Below, one piece after another: positions 55,003-64,000 of a stretch of 64,000 bases of DNA (positions are counted from its first letter, which is position 1; each line of letters opens with the position of its first letter). Both the position numbers and the translations under genes were made by a program. The stretch covers positions 104,160,001 through 104,224,000 of the forward strand of contig OZ024740.1 of assembly GCA_964016885.1 (NCBI GenBank). Direction: 5' to 3'. A model generated the notes under the pieces. The model searched no databases. It had not been told where the DNA came from and worked only from the letters and a program-made list of their open reading frames with translations. This DNA comes from Eledone cirrhosa. Lineage: Eukaryota.

Positions 55003-56070
55003 ATTAAAGCCAAGAGACAGACATGGAAAGAGTGGGAAAATGGAGGTAGCAAAGACCAGTACCAGGTAGCTAAAAGAGAGGCTAGGCGACAGGTATACAT
55101 AGTATGAAAAGAGACGCCTCTCCCCATCCCGCCACCAACTGACTTAAAAGGACCAGCTATCGAAATTGACAGTTATAGAGTCAAAGAAGCAATTAAGGAG
55201 ATGAAAAATGGTAAAACTGCAGGCCTATCTCAGATAGTTGCTGGGATGCTGAAAGCATCTGAGGAAGTAGGAGTTGAACTAGTAACCCACATATTCAATC
55301 AGATCACACAGGATGGTGTCATACCAAATGACTGATATAGCAGTACAATCATAAATTGCTCTAGAAAAGAATAAAACTATAAAAGAATAAAACTAATGGA
55401 CCAAGTTTTGAAAGTAACAGAAAGAGTTCTAGCACAACTAATTAGGGAAAGAGTCAAATTAGATGAGATGCAATTCAGTTTCATACCAGGAAGAAGCAAC
55501 ACAGATGCCCTCTTTTTAGTGAGTCAACTACAAGAGAATTTCTTAGCTAAGAGTAAGCCTCTATACCTAGCTTTTGTTGATCTAGAGAAAGCCTTTGACA
55601 AAATACCCTGATCAGTCATCTGATGGTCCTTAATAAAACTAGATGTAGAAGAGTGGCTTGTACGAGCAGTGCAAGCCAGGTACAGAGGAGCTGTAAGTAA
55701 AGTGGGAATAGAAAGTGAGTTTAGTGAAGAATTCAAGGTACAAGTATGAATGCATTAGGGTTGAGTTTTTAGTCCACTCCTGTTTATTCTGGTCCTCCAG
55801 GCCATACCAGAGGAAATTTCTGTAGAGCAATGATTTGGTCCTCTGTGGAAGAACTAGAGAATAAATTGTGGCTGTGGAAACAGAACTTAGAATCAAAAGA
55901 GCTTATAGCAAATTTAGCAAAAAACAAAATGTTAATAAATAGGAAAGAAGGTAGGGAATCAATCTCATCAGGGAAGTAGCCTTGCTCAATATGTAGAAAA
56001 AGAGTAGGCATAAACTCTATACAGTGTACACAATGCAAAAATCTTATGTACACAAAAGGTGTAGTGGGAT
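55000..56070 (+). pseudogene. Decayed RTE RT fragment
   Basis: MDQVLKVTERVLAQLIRERVKLDEMQF...AFVDLEKAFD. Confidence 0.85.
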
Positions 56071-56087
56071 TTTATATATATATATAT

Positions 56088-56187
56088 TCGGGGTCATACA
56101 TTTTCCTATTACCCATTCTATTACTCTAAGTATTGAGTACTCTGGTGCATTATGGTCCATCTGGTTCCTTACCACAACTCCTTCGTT
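56088..56187 (+). mobile_element. Short copy of the 18384-18483 segment, starting at the predicted hammerhead cleavage site
   Basis: tcggggtcatacattttcctattaccc...ccttcgt matches tcggggttaaacattttcctattaccc...ccttcgt. Both sides abut (TA)n. Confidence 0.75.
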
Positions 56188-56202
56188 ATATATATATATA
56201 TA

Positions 56203-56571
56203 CTAGCAGATTTACCCGGCGTTGCTTGGGGTTTGAAATGCAACCAAGAATAAACAAAAAACAAACGATAATATTAGTGATTTATCGTCAAATGAATCTG
56301 ATGGTTATATTTCTGTCAATAAAGTTGGTTATCTCCCTTTTTTTATAAGGATTGTCAATGAAGTTGGTTATCTCCATTACATCAATTTTGCTACCGATAA
56401 TTTTGATATTGATTTTTTATTGCTCAACGTGGGTCTATTTGTGACCATCTTAGCGACCTGTGCAACGTGCACAGAAAATTTGGTCAAATTCGGTTGGTAA
56501 TTGTAAAAGCCTTAGGTATCCAAAGTTGTACACAGACACACACACATCCTCGCTTTTATATATATAGAAGA
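56203..56571 (-). mobile_element. Non-autonomous Helitron
   Basis: Reverse complement: tcttctatatatataaaag...ccaagcaacgccgggtaaatctgCTAG. Confidence 0.75.
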
Positions 56572-58357
56572 TATATATAGAGAGAGAGAAAGAAGGAAAG
56601 AAAGAAAGAGCGTAAAAGATGTAAAATCCTGACCGCTGTGCCAAGCAGTTTCAGCTTGTGTATTCAACAAGCCTTTTCAAGGGTGTAGTAATATTTGTAG
56701 TGTATGAAAAAATGGGTCATTAGTCTTGGGGGAAAGTGAACAGTGAATTATGAATTTCACTCAATGCTTCCAAAAACAAATTGTTCACTTTCAAGTTGAT
56801 AGATAAAGTTTAAAATAAGGGGAAAATTTGTCAGCCCACTTTGGTGTAATCAGTAGCTCAGCCATCTGGCATATGGTAAGTGTGAGTTTGTGTCCTATTG
56901 GAAAAACTGTCCACTTTTTTCTCCTCTCTAGCAGATTATATCTCTAACATGTTACATTATTTTCATAGTTAAAAACCTGCATTGAAGCTTCTAAATTTAA
57001 GCTAACATACATCTAATAAATATATATATGCAGCAGAGAAAGTAGACATTAAATGATGATGATATAGGTGTTTATATGTGTGTGTATATATATATATATA
57101 TATTTGTGCATGTTTAGATAACATGAATAAAAATTCCTTATTTTATATGGTCATATATCAAAAGAGACAAATGAATGAATGAATGACAGACAGCTTTATG
57201 CAATCAAGTTCTGGCTACATCAAATAGTTTTGTATTGTTAACATGTTTATTCAACAGATTTTTGTACTTTATACTGTGTATAAATAGGAAGTTGTCCCAT
57301 TTACTGAATTGATTGCTTTAAAGTTAAAAAGTCGGTGAAACATGAAAGTAATAGTGACAAATTATGAAATTTCAGCTTAAAGCAAAGTATATATTTTTCT
57401 CAATATTTCTGAATTGAGTTCTTTACATCTCTGAATTTTGTTACAATTGTGTCTCTACTCTCCACTCTCTCAGATATATATGTATTTCATTAACATTATC
57501 GTCATTATGGGGATGATGATGATGATATACATATATAAATATGTGTGTGTGTGTGTGTGTGTATCTTCTTCTTGAAGCAGTGGTGAGGCATTGACAAAAT
57601 TTGAGCTTCAGAGTCCTCTGTCTATCATTGCAGATCCACTCTTTTGAGGCCTGTGTCCATCTCAATGATTGATTTCAAGATGATATATGGCCGACCAACT
57701 CATCTATTTGTATCCAGATTCCAGAGGAGCAATGTTTCAACATGTTCATCATAGCAAGTGGCATGGCCAGCAAGGGCCACACGACTATGTCTCACAGCAT
57801 TAGAGATGAACAGCAGGGATCCATACAGAGACTTGTTTGTTGGATGATGTCTCCAGGAGATGTGTGCTGAGCATAGCATTCTAGTGTATGTATGTATATA
57901 CAACAACCACCAGTGTTTTAAGGACATCTTCCCTGCTAAAGCAGGGGTTAGCATTACAGAAGCCATGACAAGATTCTCCATTTTTTTCCTACCATCTACA
58001 ATCTCCCACTCACCAACCTTCCCCTCACTAACCTCCTGACTTTCATGTCCTCCTCCATCATTTTTAACCATGTCTTTCTTGTTCTTTCTCTTCCTTTACT
58101 TACTTTCACTTTTATTTTTATCACACAGTCACTTTCAACCTTCCTCAACACATGACCCAATCAATTCATTGCTTAAATACATCAATCTAGCTAAAATCTA
58201 ATATTAATAAATTCTAGACAAATATTATGAACATACTTTGACCAATTTATAAATATTTCTACACACATTAAAAATATGAGCCCATGAGAAAAACATAAAC
58301 AAAGACATACAAACAAATACTAATAATAACTATTATTTCTGAAAATAATTGTTTCTG

Positions 58358-58763
58358 CTTTTGGCACCAGGCCAGCAATTTGAAGGGGAGGGGAATTTGA
58401 TTAAACTGATGCCAGTGCATTACTGGTACTTTATTTTATCTATCCCATAAGGTTGAAAGGCAAAGCTAACCTCAGTGGGATTTGAACCCAGAACATAAAA
58501 GACTATATGTCACAAAGCATGTTATTCGATGCTTACATAATCCTGCCAATCCACTGCCCTATTTATGAAAATAATTGTTTCTACGTTTGGCACAAGGCCA
58601 GCAATTACCCAGTGCATTAGTGGTACTTTATTTTATTGACCCTGTAAGGATGAAAGGCAAAGTTAACCTTGGCGGGATTTGAACTCAGAATAGCAAGGGC
58701 TGTAACTCTATACATCAAAGCATGGCGTCCGACCCGCTACCGATACTGCCAATCCACCGCCCT
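58358..58763 (-). mobile_element. Two tandem tRNA-derived SINEs
   Basis: Same family as 467-850, separated and flanked by repeated tgaaaataat. Confidence 0.8.
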
Positions 58764-59241
58764 CTATTTATGAAAATAATGATATACAATGGAGAGAGAA
58801 AAGGAGAAATTGAATATGAAAATGATAAAAGACCAAGTTTAACCACCTGAAACCAGCCTAGGTTCTATGATACAAAACAGTTTATTTTAGAATGTTTATA
58901 TTTATCTAAAAACATTCCATCATAAGAACATTTTGTTAAGTTATTTTCTAGACATCAACTTAATAATAAGAAAGTTAATTATTTCACCAAATCCATCCAA
59001 ATTCTTGATTATTTTCAAAATTATTTACAAAAATATGTACAGTGTCTTATATTAGAAATATGATAAAGAAAGGATTAACGTTCAAACAACAATACAATTG
59101 TAGACAAACAGATCTAAAGTTCAAAAAGTAAAGTAGATTCAGGCACACACAGAAGAACATCGGAACACAACATATAAGAATTATTTTATCTATTAACCCT
59201 TTCCTTATTATATTGAAACCCATTGTATGTATGAGTGCATA

Positions 59242-59286
<45 letters not shown>

Positions 59287-59759
59287 ATGTGTCTGAGTCT
59301 CTGTGTGTGTGCATGTTTGTGTGAGTATGTGTGAGAGTGAATGTGTATGAGAGTGAATGTGTGGGTATGTGTCAGTGTGTGTGTGGTGTCATGTGGTGTG
59401 TGGTGTCATGTGGTGTGTGCGTATGCATGTGTTTGTGTGTATGTGTATGCATGTGTTTGTGTGTATGTGTATGTGTGTGAATGTTTGCAGTTTGAAAATG
59501 GAAGAACATCCAACAATAGAATATTATTTCAAAAAGATCTTGTTGAACCCATGCTTGCATTGAAAATGGATATTAAATCGATGACGATGATGATGATGAG
59601 GATGATAGTTAAAGCTGAATGTTATTGAGAACAGCAACAAACAAAAGGACATAAAAATAAAAAAACAGCGAAAAGGAAAGAAAATTTCTGAGGCTTCTAA
59701 AAACTCATCATTAGCAGATTTTAAATAGATATAATGAAAAATTAACAAAGAAAGGGTCA

Positions 59760-60845
59760 GGAGAACCCCTTGATTCAATCAAGAAGTCAAAGATGCCATC
59801 TGAGCAAAGAAGGAGGCTTACAAAGTTTGGTTTGGAAGTAAGTCCTCCTTCTTGCACTTGCAGTACAAACAGGCATGAAAAATCACAGTAGAGACAGTAA
59901 AAGCATCTAAAGTTAAGACATGGGAGGACTTTAGGGTTAAGCTGAAATCTGACTTCAGATCAGCAAAAAAAATGTTCTAGCAGACCATCCACCAACTATG
60001 TAATAAGAAGTCCTCCCCAACACCTGCTATCAGGTACATGTCTGGGTTCTCTCATCAGAGAGGTGCATCCTCGCAAGATGGAAAGAATAATTTGCTGATT
60101 TCCTAAATCTGATTACAACAGCATCTCCTGATGTATACGAGGTGCATCTGGGAGCAGTGACTAATCTCTCAGAGGCTGTGATCAGAAAAGCAGTTAAAAG
60201 CTCAAATGTGGCATGGTCACTGGGGAAGTTGAAATTTGGCTCAAGATGTTAAAAACCTTTAATAGAGAAGGTATTATTTGGCTGACTCATGTGTACCAGG
60301 TGGCCTGGATCTCTGGAAGGGTACCTAAGCAATGGCTGAGTGATAATCCCAATTTTCAAAAGGGAGACAAATAAGATTGTTCCAATTACAGAGGGATCTC
60401 CTTGTTAAGCCTTTCTGGTAAAGTCAATACTAAGTGTCTGGCAAAGAGATGCAGGGAGATTGTCGAGTCCAAGCTATCTGATGAACAGTCTGGTTTGTGC
60501 CCCAAATGCAGCACAGCTGGCAAAACATTCACATTGCGGCAGGTCTTCGAGAAATCGTAGGAATACTGCCGAGAGGTATATTCTTGTTTCATCGGCCTCA
60601 AAAACGCATATGAGAGCATTCCTCAGGACTTGCTGTGGAAGAATATGTAGGAGTATGGGATTGATGGCCAACTTCTTGCTGCCCTGATGACTCTATTTGA
60701 CTGCTCGAATATTAGTGTTTGGATAAATGTTACTAAATCAAAACCATTCAATGTGGGAGTCGGACTACACCAAGAGTTTGTACTGTCACCTCTCCTGTTC
60801 ATTATTTTCATGAACAGGATTGACATGCGCAGCCGTGATATCATG
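59760..60845 (+). pseudogene. Decayed RTE-like LINE RT of a different subfamily
   Basis: NYRGISLLS (aattacagagggatctccttgttaagc) and GVGLHQEFVLSPLLFIIFMNRI. Confidence 0.75.
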
Positions 60846-62271
60846 ACTGAAGAAGAAGAAGAAGAAGAAGAAGAAGAAGACCAGGAGGAGGAGGAGGAAA
60901 CCTGTTGCTCTTGACTGGAACTTCATTTATCAAGCCAAAAGGATGAAAGGGAAAGTTGACCTCAATGGGATTTGAACACAGATCACATGAGAACTGGAAC
61001 AATTATCGTATGTGTGTGGGTGGGTGTGTGCATGTATGTGTGTGTATGTGCATATGTGTGTGTGTGTCCATGCATGTGTGTGTATGTATGTGTGTGTGCA
61101 TGTATGTGTATGTGTGTATGTATGTGTGGTGTGTGTGTTTGTGTCTCAGTGTTTTTGTCTGTGCTTGTGTGTGAGTGTGTGTGTATGTGTGTGTGTGTAT
61201 GTATCTGTGGATGATCCTCTGTGTGTGTATATAAATAATACATTTAAACAAAGAGAAATGTGCAGACACAATGCAGATATATCAAAGAAGATTAAAAATA
61301 AGGGCATTCAATGTCTAGAAGCACATCTCCATGTTGGTGTCTAGAAGTAATTATCGCAATCCTATGTATTGTCGATGGAATCAAGCTGTCGCAAATAATG
61401 TTTTCATACAAGCTTGCATTAGTCTATTGAGATTGTCATTATTATAGCGGATGTGCCGTATGTATTGATAATTAGACTGAGCTATCAACAAAGAGTTGTC
61501 AGTTCAAATCCCACCGGGTACGCACACTTTAATCTTCTTTCATGAACACACTTTCTATTTGTATATTGGGTTTGTTTGAATGTAAACATAAATTCCATGA
61601 TGAATCTCGAGTGCATTAGCAATATATACACACTCACACACACACACACACTGACACACATGCTTATATGTCTGTATGAGCCTGTATATCTATCTATCTT
61701 TTTGTGTGCATGTCTGTGTCTATGTATATGTATATATATATATGTGTGTGTGTATATATATGTATATATGTGTGTGTGTATATATATATGTATATATTGA
61801 CTGTAAAGTTAATAGGCTGACTATGAAAGAGTGATGCTAGAGCTGCGAAATCTTGCATGCATTAATTTCAACCCTTCTTAGTAATAACTGCATTGTTTCT
61901 TTCCAGGAACTATGTTGAAAAATAGGCCTCATTTGGTCATTCCATGAGAGTATCTTGGTCAACCTATGAACCTTTCAGCCAACACTCATATGTAGACTAT
62001 TAGAAAGAAACATAGAGCTGATATTTAGATATCAATATGAAATATTCTGTGTGAGAGAGAATCCTTTAAGAATAGTGGTGGAATATCTACTATGTTGGCC
62101 GTACATAGGTATCTTGTATTTGCTGTTCTTTTACTTTTGCATGTACAGCATAATTATGTAACAAGGCCGTTTTGTAATCAGTAACCTAAGTATAGCTCAT
62201 CCCATATTGTAATATGAATACATACATCATCATCATCATTTTATGTCAGCCTTTCCATATACATATACATG

Positions 62272-62342
<71 letters not shown>

Positions 62343-62382
62343 AGTATATATGTATGTTAGCTAATATATATATGTTAGCTAT

Positions 62383-64000
62383 GGGTAGATAAGGTAATTG
62401 ATGTAAATAGAGTGAATGACAGAATAATCAAAATAAGACTAGTTCTAAATAGATCTACTGTGACAATAATATACGCTTATGCACCCCAATCTCGTCTACC
62501 TGACATTATAAAGGACAGGTTCTATGAGTCACTAATGCACACTACCTCCCAAATAACTGACAGCGACTACTTAATTATTGCTGGCGACCTAAACGGTCAC
62601 ATTGGACAATATAGTGATGGTTATGATGGAATCCATGGAGGCTATGGGGTTGGAAATAGAAATGAGGAAGGTTTCAGAATCCTGGAATTCTGTGACGCTA
62701 ATAACCTAACTATCTGTAACACAAACTTCAAAAAACAAGAAAACCATTTGATCACCTATAGATCAGGGGAACACGCCAGCCAGATAGATTATATCCTTAC
62801 TAGAGGACGTGACAAAGTGTCTGTTGTAAACACTAAATTCCTCCCCCGTGAAGAATGCACCTCCCAACATAGCCTAGTAGTTAGTGACATCATAGTCAGG
62901 AATAGACGTACTCGACGACAGAGGAGGATTACCTTGAAGAGAAGACTATGGAAGTTGAAGGACCCCATAGCCAGTGACAAATTTAAAAGCGTATTACTAG
63001 ATGCCTTTGACAATAAGGAAGAACAATTAGAGGCGTGCAATCTAGAGGGACAGTGGGAATTCTTGAAGATGAACCTGCTGAAAGCAACAGATGAAATCTG
63101 TGGCTGGAGCAGACCTATTGGCAGGAGGAGAATAACTTGGTGGTGGAACAATAAGGTGGAGGAGAAAATCAAGGCCAAAAAGCAGGCTTGGAAAGTATGG
63201 CGGGATGGGGGAAGTAGAGAACACTATCAAGTGGCCAGGAGAGAAGCTATGAGACAAGTGTACCTTGCAAGAAAGGGAAGCAGAGGATAGAAAGTTCAAG
63301 CATGTTCTACAACGTGACGACCAAAAACATGAGGTGTTCAGGATTGCGAGACAATGTATCAAGGAAAACTGTGATATTGTCGGGGAGAAGTGTGTCCATA
63401 ATGATAATAGTGTACTTGCCTTCACTGATACTGATAAGAAGGTAGCTTGGAAGTGTCACTACGAGAGACTATTAAATGAGGAGAATAAATGGGAAAAAGA
63501 TAGTCAGCCCAAATCAATCCAATAGAGGGACCAGCGGTGCAAGTTAAAGGTAGTATAATAAGTAAGGCAATCAAAGATATGAAGACAGGCAAAGCAGCTG
63601 GACCTTCGGAGAGAGTTGCTGAGATGTTGAAGGCATCTGGAATGGTGGGACATACTATGATCACCCGTATAGTAAACCAAGTAATACAGAATGGGGTAAT
63701 ACCAAAAGACTGGCGTAGCAGCCTCATCATTAACTGTTACAAGGGTAAAGGGGATGCTCTAGATAGGGGAAACTATAGAGGCATTAAGTTAGTTGACCAG
63801 GTCATGAGGGTCAAAGAAAGAATTATAATGCAACTAATCAGAGAGCGAATTGATCTAGATGAAATGCAGTTTGGGTTTGTGTTTGATAAAAGTACCACAG
63901 ATGCTCTTTTCCTTGTACGACAACTACAGGAGAAGTACCAAGGTAAACCCCTCTACTTAGCTTTTGTAGACCTGGAGAAAGCCTTTGACTGAGTCCTCCG
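62383..64000 (+). pseudogene. RTE LINE (APE endonuclease and RT N-terminus), frameshifted, running off the window
   Basis: YAYAPQ, IIAGDLNGHIG, SQIDYIL, TWWWN, NYRGIKL, AFVDLEKAFD. Close paralog of 7993-9300. Confidence 0.92.

Overview
AT-rich, microsatellite-dense eukaryotic (animal) DNA made almost entirely of repeats. The repeat repertoire resembles cephalopod/Octopus genomes (inference). No host gene is confidently identified. Recognisable elements: several RTE-clade LINEs carrying a PHD-like finger after the RT (best copies 7993-10863 and 62383-64000); a full-length but disabled Ty3/Gypsy LTR retrotransposon (24980-30721) with a -1 frameshift signal; a non-coding LTR element (35987-38553) that shares the Gypsy's PBS/leader/PPT; a CRE-like RLE non-LTR remnant; four non-autonomous Helitrons; many tRNA-derived SINEs; a 5S pseudogene; a 6.65-kb 56-bp minisatellite; and a Penelope-like GIY-YIG remnant. 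The most striking signal is a dense set of sequence-unrelated short non-coding elements embedded in (TA)n tracts. They form partial-tandem and fold-back arrays of about 330-700 bp monomers, and most carry an intact or decayed type-I hammerhead ribozyme (about 13 motifs). Several copies end at or near the predicted self-cleavage site, which suggests a Penelope-driven, retrozyme-like mini-element system. All folds were assigned by eye.
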